A stretch of 64,000 nucleotides of DNA, taken from Cycas panzhihuaensis. Its lineage: Eukaryota > Plantae > Cycadophyta. The position numbers and the translations under genes are program-made. Numbering within the stretch: position 1 is the first letter of the stretch; every line of letters starts with the position of its first letter. The stretch spans positions 48,925,741-48,989,740 of the forward strand of contig CM041465.1 of the NCBI GenBank assembly GCA_023213395.1, read 5' to 3'. The notes below the pieces were generated by a model. The model was given only the letters and a program-made list of their open reading frames with translations, searched no databases and was not told where the DNA came from. Below are positions 1 through 13,289 of this stretch, piece after piece.

Positions 1-1817
1 TATAAATTCAAAGGTGAAGAATACAAGTTTTTGAAGCCGTTCAGCTACTAGAATAGTCCTGGAAGCATTAAAGGCCCAAATTTTTATAAAAATTCAACCA
101 TCTCAGAATTTGATAAAATTTGGCATGCAAGGTCCCCTTAACTAGAGGACCATTTTTGTATTCTAGAGAAACTTTATATTCAACCTAAAAAAGTGATTTT
201 TGGCTATGAAAAAAATGGTAAATTTTTTAGATAAGTAATTTAAAGCACTTTTCCTAATGAAATCCTCCAATTATAAGTCGAAGATCTGAAAGTTTTATTA
301 AGGGATATGGTAGATTTATGTCTTAAGATCATTTTAAGATAAATCTCATCAAATTTCATCTACTGGTTAGTGAGATCTATGCAGTTTTCTCACGGTTGTT
401 GATTTTGCCTACTCAACCCCACAAAGGACCTTGCAAGGGCATTTCGGGCAAGTTTTTGGAAGATTTCGTAGATGTTGAAGAAGGGAAAGTTAATGTACAT
501 GTCAAAACATAACTTTTAAAATATTGAAGTCTAGATTCTAAGACAGTTGATTTGACATGATTTTACTTTGGTGCTTTTTCAGGCAGAAATGTTTTGTGCC
601 TTTTCTAAAATATGACTTCATAAATCTATCATAAACGACATTCTGAACACTTTTTCCTTCTGTCATAAATTCATATTTTATCATTTAAGCCTTCATATTA
701 GTAATTTTTAAAAAAATTACCCATTTATCATTATTTATAAATTTTGTGAAAAATATCATAAAATAGGGTAAAATAGCATGCATATAGATTTAGAAAAATT
801 ATCATTTTAGCGGCAAGTTGATCCACTTTTTATCCCATTGTGGCTTTTGTATCAAAACTTCTAAAATCATATTGGAAACATTGTACTAAAGCAAGGGAAA
901 CCTTGGATCGGAAGCAACATCCAGTTCCCCTGCTAAATCTAGCATGCTTTTCTATTTTCACGCATAGCATAAAGCATCATAAAAGTTGCAACAACAATAA
1001 AATATCACAAAAGTAGTAGCAACAACAAAGCATTACAAAAGCAGTAACAACAACAAAGGAAGCATGAAAAGCAAGCAAGCACATTTGACAAGTTTCTATT
1101 TCAGTTTTTAGTTATATGGAAACATCTTATACTATTTCTAAAAGGAATCTCATCCGTACGATCTATACCACTAGTTCTTGACTTGTGCACACACTTGCCT
1201 TGGTTGAAATAGACCAAGGTTAGCTAAAGTCCAGACCCTAAGGGAGGTGTGAGTTTCATACTGGGTCTGGTCTTAACCAAAATAGTGGTGGAGGGACATG
1301 TTAGCTATACCTACGACCTCCAATCAGGGGGAAAACTTAAAACCTTAATGTAAGATTAAAATTAACCTAGTCCAATATCTGTCATAGCCATGGGATACAC
1401 AATACCGTTTAACTCTTCGGAGGAGGTATATAGCTGCTCATTGGTGAACTGGGTGAGGACTGGGAGTACCTAGGCTCCATTGTGACTTGGATTTCATCAC
1501 CAAGCACAGGTGCAGGTATCACGAGTGAAGGCCCTAATCGTATACTAGAAGCCTTAGGTGTCGAAACGTCACTTACATTTGGATATAAGTGAGAGGTTAG
1601 TGACATGACACATCACCACTCTTTGCCAGCTCTACATTAGACCTCATTCTTGCATCATTACTTATATTTATTTTTTATATAATTATTGAAAAATAGTTAA
1701 TCATTGCTTACTTCTCATCATAATAATCATTTCTACATCTCTGCTGCGCTAGGTGTACTAACCACACATGTCAGTGGCACATACTTTTATCATCTCTTCT
1801 ACTTCTTCATCATCACC

Positions 1818-4800
1818 ATGTCATCTCAATTCAAGCAAAATGTTAACTGCATATTGAAAGGCAAAGAAAATTGGGATATATGGTACACTGGAATTAAAAA
1901 TGCTACAAAGTATGAAGGCCTTTAGAGAGCCCACTTGTAGCCTACACCCAGCACACCAGTAATGGCTACAACAGCTGCTTCTAGTGGATTCGCCCCAATA
2001 GCTCCTACAGATGCTACAACTAAACTACAATGGGAGATAGATGATGAAAAGATTCGTGCAAGAATTTTGTTGGTCATTGATCACTTCTTGTACAACTTGA
2101 TAAACAAAGAGGAACATGATACAGCCTGGAAGGTCCTAGAAGTTTTAGAAAGAACTTTGATATAAAGTCAGATTTAGAATTTGTTCATCTTATTTTAAAA
2201 ATGAACAAATAAAAAATGGAGAAGGGACGAGCTCCTGAGATAATAAATCTCCTTCGACCAATCAAATAGGCAATTGATAAAGACTTTAAGACCCAATGCA
2301 TCACTTGGGCATTTTTGATCCAGTCATGTTTACATGTCCATGATTATAAAAACTTGCTTGGAAGTCTTCAATCTAGTGGAACATTGAAGACACTCAACTT
2401 CGAAGCACTTGCCGAGAAGTTCATAGAATTTGATAAGACCTTTGATACAAACTTTATAGCCTCTGACTCTCTTCCAGATGTAGCCTTTAAGGTAGAAGAA
2501 GAAGTTTGCTATACAAAAAATTAAGGTCCCTCTCGTGGCAGAGGAAATAACCGAGCAAGAAAAAGAGGAAGAAATATGGGAAATTGTCTACAAGGTCAAT
2601 CAAACCCTCAATAACAACCTCGACAGTTTTAAGGCCAAGGGCCATCTCAACAAAGAGAAAGACAGTTAGGCCAAACTAGTACTTCTTCAGGGATTAGTAA
2701 TCAAACCATTATACATTATTAGTGTAACTGTAAAGGACACTTAGTAAAAGATTACAGAACTACCACTTATAAGTTGGGAAAGTTCCAACCAAAACAGAGC
2801 TCACAATGTTGAAGAAACTTGTGAAGAATCCTTTAGTGGTGTAGGTTTTGTACAAGCACACATTCAAAGAATTGAGGGATCTTCAACATCAAATGCCATT
2901 GACCAACCAAAGAGATACTTCGAAGCTCGGTGTGGATATATCACCTGTGAATTCCCTTCACCAATGCCAAGCCCTATTGAAATTGCCAATAGTGTGGCTT
3001 CAATCGATGAACAGTGGATCATGGACATAGGAGCAACTCAACATATGACATGCAATCGCAGTCTATATTAAACATTTGACTCAAATATTTATGGAGTTGT
3101 TCACATGGCTGATAAATCACAATAACCTATTGAAGGAATTGGCAACATTCGCCTGAAACACCCAGGCTTAGAAGATTTTACATTGCTTTATGTCTTATAC
3201 ATACCCAATCTCAAACAAAACCTACTCTTTTTATCCACACTTATTTCCCATGGATTTGATCTGAGTGTAACCGCAAATGACCAGACACTTAAGGTCATTC
3301 ACCCTCCAACTAATTAGGTGGTTTTGACTAGACATCTCTCTAGTAAACTCTTTCGATTGAATAACTCTCCATCTTCTGAAGCCCATTATGCCCAAAGCCC
3401 TTGTGCTGATGAAGAATTTGCATTTAATTCCATCTTGACCCATCCAACATTATCACCAGAAGCTCTTTAGCATGCTCATATGGGCCCTATTCACATTGAT
3501 AGACTTAGAGATCTTTCTAATACTCTTCCAAACCTTCCAAAGTTTTCCTCTAAGCCCTTTAAATGTGAAGCTTATATCATTTCCAAATCTCATCGACAAC
3601 CCTTTCCTAAAAGTTAGTGGAAATTGATCCATCCATTACAATTGGTACACTCTAATTTGTGCAGGCCAATGCCCATTCCTTCACTGAAGGGCAAGCTATA
3701 TTACATCTCTTCCATTGATGATTTCACTGGAAAAGTATGGGTAGTTTTTCTGCACAAGAAAGATAAAGCATTCCGTATATTCAAGGAATTCAGAGCCCTC
3801 ACTAAAAAAGAGTTAGGTTATCAACTCAAATGTCTTCGAATTGATAATGGTGGTGAATATACCTCACATGAGTTTGAAAGCTACCTTCGAGATAATGGCA
3901 TCAAGCATCAAACAACAGTAGCAGGTACCCAGAACAAAATAGAGTTGCCAAGTGCATGAACAGGACAATCATGAACATGGCTTGTGCTATGTTAATATAT
4001 AAAAATGTACCTGCCTATCTATGGGCTAAAGTAATCTGGACAATTGTTTATTGTATCAATGCTATTTGCCTATCAAAGGAAGCATAATCACTTAATGAAA
4101 AGCGGTCAGGACAAGCCCCCATTGTTCACTACTTTAGAATTTTTAGCTCTACATGCTATGCCCATATTTTGGATGCAGATCGAAACAAACTCCAGCCAAG
4201 GGCCCTTAGAGGCATCTTTGCTAGATACCTTATGGATAAGAAAGGGTATAAGGTCTTCATACCTTCACAATGAAAAATCATTATTACCAGAGATGTCATT
4301 TTTACGGAGACAGAGGATCAGTTACTTAAATTAGACTCCATAGTACCCTTATGCCGCTATAATAATGTTATCAAGTATGATGTTCAGATTCTAAAATTTG
4401 GAGGGGGGGCAGACATAAATTACTTAAAATATTAGAAGCTGACAATAGAGTCCTGGAGGATACAAGTTGTGACTCTAAACAAATGAGTGCACATCCAGCA
4501 CCATCTTTTGAAGATAACAAAGTTGACAAAGGCAAAGCCATTATAGAAGAACCATCCTCTCCACCTTCAGTTGACAAAGATAAAATAGTGGTAGAAGGAC
4601 CATCTTCCTCATGCACAACAACATCCTCCTCACAAAATAATCATTTTAATGAACATGATAAGAACCAAGAAGTTTGGAAAATAAGGACATCATTCCCAAC
4701 TCGAGGATCTCGAGAAGCCTGCTAATTCAATAAGGACATACGACTAGATGAGGTGGGCAAAACTGGCACTCGAAGTGCCCATAGAGCAAGGATGTAGGAA

Positions 4801-6392
4801 TCATTATATACTGAGCTTGAACCAGTAGAATTGCATCTTACTCTTAATGAAGAGCCCTTAACGTGCCAAGAAGCTATAAAGCATACAGCTTGGAGAAACA
4901 CCATGAATGAAGAGTATCAATCTCTTATCAAGAATGATACATGGGAGTTCGTTGATCTACCACTTGGCAGAAAGGTAGTTCAAAATAAATGGGTGTTCAA
5001 AAACAAATATAGATCAGATGGCACCCTTAAAAAACACAAGGTGAGGTTGGTACCTAAAGGATTTACACAAAGAGAAGGCATCGACTACATTGAAGTATTT
5101 GTACGTACAACCAAGTGGCCTACAATTAGAACTCTTGTGGCTTTGGCTGCTCAATAGGGTTGGAAAATCCACCAACTCGATATTAAGACCGCATTTCTTA
5201 ATGGAGATCTTGAAGAAGAAATTTACATGGCTCAGCCAGAAGGATATGAGATTGAAGGTCAAGAGCATAAGGTTTGCAGGCTCAGAAAGACCTTATATGG
5301 CCTTAAACAAGCCCCTCACGCTTGGTTTGCTAAGTTATCTGAAAGGATGAGGTAACTTGGATATGAGGTTTGTGACTATCAAGATATTGATGTAACATTA
5401 TTCATCAAGTGCCATAAGGATAAAGTCATTTATCTCATAATCTTTATTGATGACATGCTAGTAACAGGTAATAGTGAACAAGTAATAAGCTAGCTGAAAA
5501 TGGACCTTGGCAAAACGTTTGAATTGTCTGACCTTGGTTTGATGAAATATTACTTGGGAATTGAAGTAACACAAAAGAATGGAAAAATTTTCCTCTCCCA
5601 AGAAAAATACATCAACAATATTCTAACCAAGTTTCAGTTAGAAGATGCTCAACCAATGATGTTACCTATGGATCCTAGCACCAAACTCTAAGCTGAAGGT
5701 GACATTAGGGAGGTAGACGTAACACTCTATAGGAAACTTGTAGGTAGTCTCATCTACACTACCAATATAAGGCTAGATATTATACACTCTGTCAGCATTG
5801 TTGCTCGTTACATGACAAATCCTAAGCATAATCATTGGCAGGTAGCAGTGTGAGTGTTGAGATACCTTAAGATGACCAACAAATATGGTTTGTTATATGA
5901 ACCTAATTCAGACTTCAAGCTTTCTGCATACACAGACTCAGACTTTACAGGAGATAAAGATACAGGAAGATCTACGTCTGGGTATGTAACGTTTCTTAGA
6001 ACAACACCAATATCATGGAGATCCAGACGACAAAAGATAGTTGCAGATTCAACTACCGAAGCTGAATACATTACTACTTCTGAGACTAGTAAAGAGATGA
6101 TATGGCTAAGAAAATTATTAGAAACATTGAATATCACCCAAACAAGTCCTACGAGTCTTCATATGGATAATCAATTAGTAATCTGCATGGTGAAAAATCC
6201 TATATTTCATGATCATACCAAACATATAAGTATGAAAGTCCACAAGATTAGGGAACTTGTTCATGACGACATAATTCAATTAAATTACTATCTGGCAACA
6301 AATCAAGTGGCCGATATCTTCACCAAACCACTGTAAAGGGTGAAGTTTGAATAGTTCCAAAGGTAGCTTGGCCTTAGGGCCTCCATCTTTAA
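1818..6392 (+). pseudogene. copia-1 gag-pol pseudogene (many stops and frameshifts)
   Basis: ACCATG start (MSSQFKQNVNCILKGKENWDIW). PR WIMDIGATQHMT ~3016. INT LQLVHSNLC...IDDFTG...LRIDNGGEY 3624-3959. RT KNDTWEFVDLP...KVRLVPKGFTQREGIDY. RH AYTDSDFTGDKDTGRSTSGY...QVADIFTKPL. Confidence 0.95.
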
Positions 6393-6843
6393 TTGATCAA
6401 AGAAGATGGTAATGAGATCATCATACTCTATTCTCTTCGTAAAAACCCCTTGTCGGTGTGGAAGAATAAGAGCAAGTCTCTGCTCTATCCTCTTTGTGAA
6501 AACTCCATGTGGGCACGAAAGGATAAAGGGTGTACTTGTTTTAGAAAATCAAAACCTATGAAAACCCAAAAGGGCATAGGGAATGACCAAACAGTATATG
6601 GTGACTTAGCAGATTAAGCTACACATTTAAGTCACTTGGCTATCAAGTTACATTAAAGAGCCACCTTAGCCATTTTGATTTATAAAAGGGGTTATAGATC
6701 TTAGAAAGTTTGCGGGTTTTTATTCCCCATGAGAGTTTTCCCACAAAAGTGTCATTTAGAATTTCAATGTAATAATGAGGCTCAAATGAAGACCTCATAG
6801 AATAGATTTTCTGAAAATGACCTTCCACCATTAAGGGGGGGAT

Positions 6844-7169
6844 TGAAAGAGGTTAATGTATCAAGGTCATTTGTGTAGATTAATTATGTGACCTTAGGAT
6901 ATATTATTAGTATTAGTCTCTTAATGAAATATATTTTATGTGCATTTAGATGTAATTTCAGGTTCATGTCATTAGGCAGGAGAATCCTAACCCTAATGCT
7001 CACCCTCAATAATAAAAGGTGAAATCTCAAGGAGGGCATCATTATTCATTCTTACCTCCAAGTTTGCTCTCATATCTTGTTTAATCTTCTTTTTCATTCT
7101 CCATTGCCATTGTGTATATGTGAGTGATTTATCTCCTAGATCCATCCTTCCTTCACCTCCTTTTATTCA
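6844..7169 (+). repeat. 3' LTR of copia-1
   Basis: Follows the PPT and has TGAA...TTCA termini. Gypsy sequence homologous to 29888 onward resumes at 7170. No partner LTR in the window to confirm the ends. Confidence 0.7.
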
Positions 7170-10100
7170 AGATAATTTTTTAGATCCAATAGTGGAGAAG
7201 CAATAATTACAAGAGGTGGTAAAAATCCTTCAAGATGTAATGGGAGAAGCCCAAGAGGAGATGCAACAAGGAAGATTTAAGTTCTTACACTATAAAAGAA
7301 CAACACAACCACTAGAAGGTATGAATCCTTGGCAAAGGTTGCAAACTATAAAAGATATGCTTACTGAATTAGGAGTATCAATCCCTATATCAATAGTATT
7401 TAACTGGTAGGAAGCGAGGCATTTTCAATAATTAGTATTAGATCAAATTAAAAAGCAAGTTCTTAGAACCATAAAGAATATAGGAATAAACCCTAGAGTT
7501 TTGATGATTATGTTTGGAACCACTTTATGTAGAACTATTATAGACAGGGGCTCAAGAGTAAATGTACTACTTGAATACTCATGGATAGCTTTGGGAAGGC
7601 CCAATGTGGTTGCCCCAAATTATTCGATTAGATTAGTTAATCAATTACAAGTAAGGCCCATGGGAACACTATTGAATGTCCTAGTAACCATTATAGAAGT
7701 AACTGCACTATTGGGTTTTGTAGTAGTATATATGAAAAACCAAATTAAGATGTTTCCAACACTGTTGGGAAGACCATTGTTACCGGCTACAAAGGTAATT
7801 TAAGATTGGGGGAAACATACATTTACCCTACCAACAAGAGAGAAAACAATAACTTTTCCCTTATGTTCAAATGGGCCAAAGATAGAAAAAAATGAATATG
7901 AAGGGAGAGCTTCATCTACAACAGTAACCACATAATCTACATTGAGTTCTTATTTTAAAATAGTTTTCTAAATGCAACCAATGTTGCCAAGTAGTGCATC
8001 ATCTTCCTATATCTTGGATTAGTTATATAATACTTAGGAAGAAATAGAACCAACTATATGTTACCATATGGAATACTACATGGATTCTTTAGAGAAAGAG
8101 GATGAGGAGGAAAGACAACTAGAGTCATTCCTGTTAGAAAAAAAGGTCCAAGAAAAATCTATCATTATAGTTAGTAAATTAATAAAACATAATGGTGACT
8201 TAGAACAAGCAGAAAATCATCTATAATTATGTATTAAAACTATAAAGAATAAATGGCAATAACAATTCTAGGACTTTATGTCTTTCTATTCTTAGATATA
8301 ACAACCGCAAATTTGGTATGGTATGCATGCATAAAATTCTACTTCTTGGCATGAAATAAGTAAATTTTTTTTTACAAGATTTTAAGAGTATATTCATAAA
8401 TGGATAAAAAATGATTACACCTAGTAGTTAGAAATAGAAGGAATTTTTATTGAAAGAATAAGTCAGATTGTTATTAAGGAAGAAATCTTGGAAAAAGAAA
8501 TATATTGCTTTTATATTAAAAAAGAAAATCTGTAAACTCATTCCACATTGGAATATGGAAAGTGTAGTATAGATAGCACGCCAGCCTATACACTAAGCCC
8601 GGATGGTAAAACAATACTGAGGGAAAATTAAAAACATAAGAAATTAATATTAGGATAGAAGAATAGACACGAATGCTTACTTTAGGTGATTACTAGAAAG
8701 AAGAAATGGTGCAACAAGTGATCTTACTATTATTGGAATATAAGGATATGTTTGCCTTATCTTATAAAGACTTAAAAGGTATCCCACCAGAATTAGGTGA
8801 ACACAAAATCGATTTAGTAAAAGGGGCTAAATTGGTAAGGCAAAGGCCATACCATATGAATCCTAAGTATACATAAATAGTTAAAGCTGAATTAAATAAG
8901 ATATTAGAAGCAGATTATATTTTTGAGGTCAAGAATAGTGAATGGGTAAGTTTTGTTGTAATCATTGAAAAAAAAAAAGGGAAATTAAGAGTTTGTGTTG
9001 ATTACAGAGCTTTAAACAAGGCCACTAAGAAGGATCCATTTCCAATTCCTTTTATAGAGGACATTTTTGAAAAAGTGATAGGACATGCAGTGTACTCATT
9101 TACTAATGGATTTAGTAGGTACAACTAGGTATGGGTTGCATGAGAAAACTAATTAAAGACAACTTTCATCACTGAGTGAGGTACTTATGCATTCTGAGTA
9201 ATGCCATTTGGACTAACGAATGCCCCTATAACATTTTAGAGAGTTATTCTTAACATTTTAAAATAAATAATAGGGAAAACAATTGAAGTATTCTTGGACG
9301 ATTGGACATTGTTCGCTCTATTAAAGAATCACATTGGCTATTTACGATCGATATTGGAAACTTGTAAAAAGAACAAATTATGTTTAAATCCTATGAAATG
9401 CACCTTCATGGTACCATTTTGAACCCTATTAGGACATGTGGTAATAGAAGATGGACTACTAATGGATCTTAATAAAGTAGTAATGATTTTAAATTATCCA
9501 TTGACAAAAACACAAAGATATATTTAAGGATTCCTAGGGGTGATAGGGTACTATTGGAAGTTTATAAAAAATTATGCTTAGATAGTTATCTCATTGGGAA
9601 TCATGCTAAAAAAGAAGACTTAATGGCAATGGAAAATTTAATAACAATTAGCATTTAAACTATTAAAGAAGAAGATAGCCTAAGCACTAATTCTTAGATT
9701 TCCATATTAGGATAAACCCTTCCATGTACATGTAGATACTTCTCTATTCATGATCAGGTGTGTATTAACATAGCCAAAAGATGACAAAAATAATCTACCA
9801 ATTTATTTTGTAAGTAGAAAATTAATAGATGCTAAAAAGAATTACTCAGTGACAGAATGAGAAGGGTTGGGTATGGTATATGTTCTCTAGAAGTTCATAC
9901 ACTATTTATTAGATAATCTATTTGTCTTTTTTATAGATAATTAGGTGTTTCAATACTTAATTAATAAGCCTATAGTTTATGGGAGAATTAGTAGGTGGCT
10001 CATGTTGTTCTAGGAATTTAATTTTAAGATTATTGTCAAGAAAGGAGCTAAGCATAAAATTATAGATATATTATTAAGGGAAGTGTATGGGGAACTAGCA

Positions 10101-11420
10101 ACAAGAATCTAAGATAATTTTCTAAATGCAAAATTATTTGCCATCCAAGTAATACTTGAATGGTACAAGGATATAACATAATTTCTATTAATAGGACAAA
10201 TACCATTGGGGATGGAATATGTTGAATAATAAAGCTTCATCAAGAAAACTTTTCCTTTCCAACTAATTCAAGGAATGCTATATAGGATGGGACCTAATCA
10301 AATATTTAGGAGATGCATAATGGAACATGAAGTGGAAGTTGTTATTAGAAAATCTTATGAAGGAGTCATAGTAAAATACCAAGGTACTAAATTAACAAGT
10401 AAATAAATCTTATTGGAAGGACTATGATGGCCTATAATCTTTGAAGATGTATACAAATATATTCAAAGTTGTGATATATGGCAATGTGTAGGGAAGCTGA
10501 CAGAAAATTATTTCATGCCTTTGTATCTTATATTGGCTCAAGCTCCATTTAAAAAATTAGGACTAGACTTTATTAGACCTATTAGCCCACTAGCTTGGTG
10601 TATAAATATGAGATACATTCTGGTCACTATTGATTTTTTAACAAAATGGACTAAAGCCAAGGCAATGAGAATATGTGACACTCAAAGTACAACCTGATTT
10701 TTATATAAAATGATAATTATTTGGTTCAGTTGCTTGTTAGAAATCATCTTAGATCAAGGAAGTAGTTTCCTTAATGAAATGATAAAGCATCTGACACAAT
10801 AATTCTTGATTCAACATTTAAAGTCTTCCTCATATTATCTTTGAGTAAATAGGTAGGTGGAAAGTACCAATAAAATTTTGAAATTGGTATTATCTAAAAT
10901 CTATAATCAAGGGTAAATGAATTGGGTAAAGTGACTTCATTCAGTTTTATGGGCTGATAGGACAACAATAAAGTGACTTCATAAGTAAACTCTATTCTAG
11001 TTAGTTTATGGACTAGAAGTTATACTTCTTCTAGAATTCTAGACAGAAAGTCTAAGAGTGGCATCTCAGTTACAACTATCATAGAATGATTCATAAGACT
11101 AACGATTTATATATTTAATGAAGTTGGATAGAAACTAAGTAAGAGCTTAGTGGGAACCGGAAGTAGAGAAGATGAGAAGAAAGGCATGGTATGATTGACA
11201 CCTCAAAGTTCTATAATTCCAAAAAGGAGACCTCATTCTTCTTTATAATAGTAAGTTCTAAATTAAACTTGGAAAACAGAAGTTGAGATGGCTTAGTCTA
11301 TAAAGGTGAATCAAATCTAGTTGAATGGAATAGTGTGACTCTAACAACTTGATGGAATACTATTGGAAAAACCAATCAACGAAAGTCAACTAAAAAGGTA
11401 TATAACAAAATACAGAATTA
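7170..11420 (+). pseudogene. gypsy-1 pol pseudogene (PR, extra Gag-like module, RT, RNase H, integrase)
   Basis: IIDRGSRVNVL...LLGRP (7501-7803). LRVCVDYRALNKATKKDPFP, VMPFGLTNAP and EVFLDDWT (~8990-9310). FHVHVD (RH). PFKKLGLDFI...DFLTKW (INT). FQKGDLILLYNSK...GK.KLRWL C-terminus. Confidence 0.93.
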
Positions 11421-11496
11421 AGAAAAAAAATGAAAAGAAAGAGGATAAGAACCATAGGGTTAAAATTCCCTTATGACTTTAATCATGGAAGAAAAT

Positions 11497-12345
11497 GGTT
11501 GTAACATGGATGAAAGAAGTGCAACTAGGAAGCAAGAAGTTATAGATAGGACATAGAAAGTTATAACTTGGAGGAGGCAAATGGTTGTAACTCAAATACA
11601 AAGTTGCACCCTGGACAAAAGTAGTTGCAACCTAGATGAAGAGTTACAACTAAGACACAAAAAGTTGTAACTTAGAGGTAAATAGTTTTAACTCAGATTC
11701 AAAGTTATAACTCAGACACAAGCAGGTGCAACTTGGATGTAAAGTTATAACTTGGACACAAAGTTACAGTATACATGTAAAATTATAACTTAGATGCAAA
11801 GTTGTAACCTAGACACAAAGTTGCAACTTAGATGTAAAATTGCAACCTGGATGTAAAGTTGCAACCTAGCCGCAAACTTGTAACCTAGACACAAACTTGT
11901 AACCTGGATATAAAATTGCAACCTATATGTAAAGTTGTGACTCATATGCAAAGTTGTAACCTAGATGCAAAGTTACAACTTGGATGTAAATTTGCAACAT
12001 AGACATAAGTAGTTACAACTTGGATGCAAAGTTGTAACCTAGACGTAAAGTTATAACCTAGATACAAAGTTGTAACTTAGATGTAAAGTTGTAACCTAGA
12101 CATAAGTAATGCAACTCAAATATAAGTAATTCAACTCGGATGTAAAGTTTCAAACCAGATGCAAGTGATGGAACTCAGACATAAAGTTGTAACCTAGACA
12201 TAAGCAATGCAACTTAGATGCAAAGTTATAATTCAAGCATAAAGCTATAACTTGGGCATAAGTGATATAATCTACTTACAAGTTATAATCAATATGTGAG
12301 AAGTTGGAACCAAGACGTAGGATAAATTAGTACAACCTAGACATA
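11497..12345 (+). repeat. Tandem array of mostly 19-bp units (consensus ~AGTTGCAACCTAGATGCAA), roughly 40 copies; degenerate continuation at ~17553-17730
   Basis: Directly visible units such as gttgtaacctagacacaaa and gttgcaacctggatgtaaa. The array is split by the copia-2 insertion. Confidence 0.95.
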
Positions 12346-12353
12346 AGAATTAT

Positions 12354-12541
12354 TGTTAGAATATAATATTTTATTCTATGTCATAGACTAATATTTAATA
12401 TATATAACCGATAAACATGTGTTATTTAGATGTATTTTGATTACAAGTCAGTTACAAATCCTAATTATATTTATTCACTTAATCTCTTAATAATCATCAA
12501 TTCATGCATTCTTCATCTATCTTTAATCTAACATTCTAACA
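12354..12541 (+). repeat. 5' LTR of copia-2
   Basis: TGTTAGAAT...ATTCTAACA inverted termini, immediately followed by the PBS. Confidence 0.93.
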
Positions 12542-12553
12542 TGGTATCAGAGC
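12542..12553 (+). promoter_or_regulatory. Primer-binding site complementary to tRNAiMet 3' end
   Basis: TGGTATCAGAGC directly after the LTR. Confidence 0.95.
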
Positions 12554-13289
12554 AGGTTATTTTGCATGATTAAGAAAGGGTCTCTACGAAATCAAGTGAG
12601 AGAGATAAGTACAATCTCAGATAAGTTGTGAAGGAGAAAGATAGAGGACTTCAAATAAAGTAGAAGAAGAGAAGGAGACAAACACCTAAATAAGTGAAAG
12701 AAGGAGCCAAGAAGACCTCAAGCAAAGTAGGAATAGAGTATAAAGTAAGTACGGGAGAGACTACACAAAATAGTATGACCATACTGACTTGAAAGACTTA
12801 AAGTTTTAAATTTCAATAAAATTTACCCAGATCAAAGATCTCAATGCCCTCTACACTTTTCTCTTATATCATAAAGTGATCCGAGGTCATTTGAAGGGGG
12901 GTTTTAGCCCTTTTACTAGCTACATAGGTTTAGGAAGCAATTTGAAGATTTTTCTTAGATTAGAACATGTCTCCAAGTAATCTTAGATTAAAATCCTTTG
13001 TATAAAGAATATAATTTTATTGAATGCTATTGTGAAGTTGTTCCTTAAAGGTTTGTGGAGATTTTTTCATTTTTATGAGAAACCCTAACTACTCCTTTAG
13101 AGATTTTAGGCCATTTTTCTCCTAAATCAGAAGCTGTCTAAAAAAAATAACTGCAAATCCATAATCTACTCTTCAAGACCTTTCATTTGAGATAGGTCTC
13201 AATCCCATTCGTATAATTTAGGTACCATATGGAAATCTATACCTTTATACATTCTAAGGCTCTAAGAACATAATTTTCTCTTTAGAAAT

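Larger units (their letters stand above)
1..7169 (+). mobile_element. Ty1/copia LTR retrotransposon 'copia-1', decayed; 5' LTR lies upstream of the window
   Basis: Gag-PR-INT-RT-RH domain order. PPT AAGGGGGGGA at ~6833-6842, then an LTR. No copy of this LTR in 1-1800, so 1-1817 is tentatively the 5' leader. Confidence 0.85.

Noticed and set aside
1540-1610. Hammerhead ribozyme (GAAAC followed by a hairpin)
   Set aside because: No CUGANGA core upstream and no correctly placed NUH cleavage triplet.
1818-6392. Active autonomous retrotransposon
   Set aside because: Even this best-preserved gag-pol has many stops and frameshifts.
11497-12345. CRISPR-like array (also 38275-38780)
   Set aside because: Spacers are short and mutually homologous, there are no cas genes, and the context is a plant retrotransposon.
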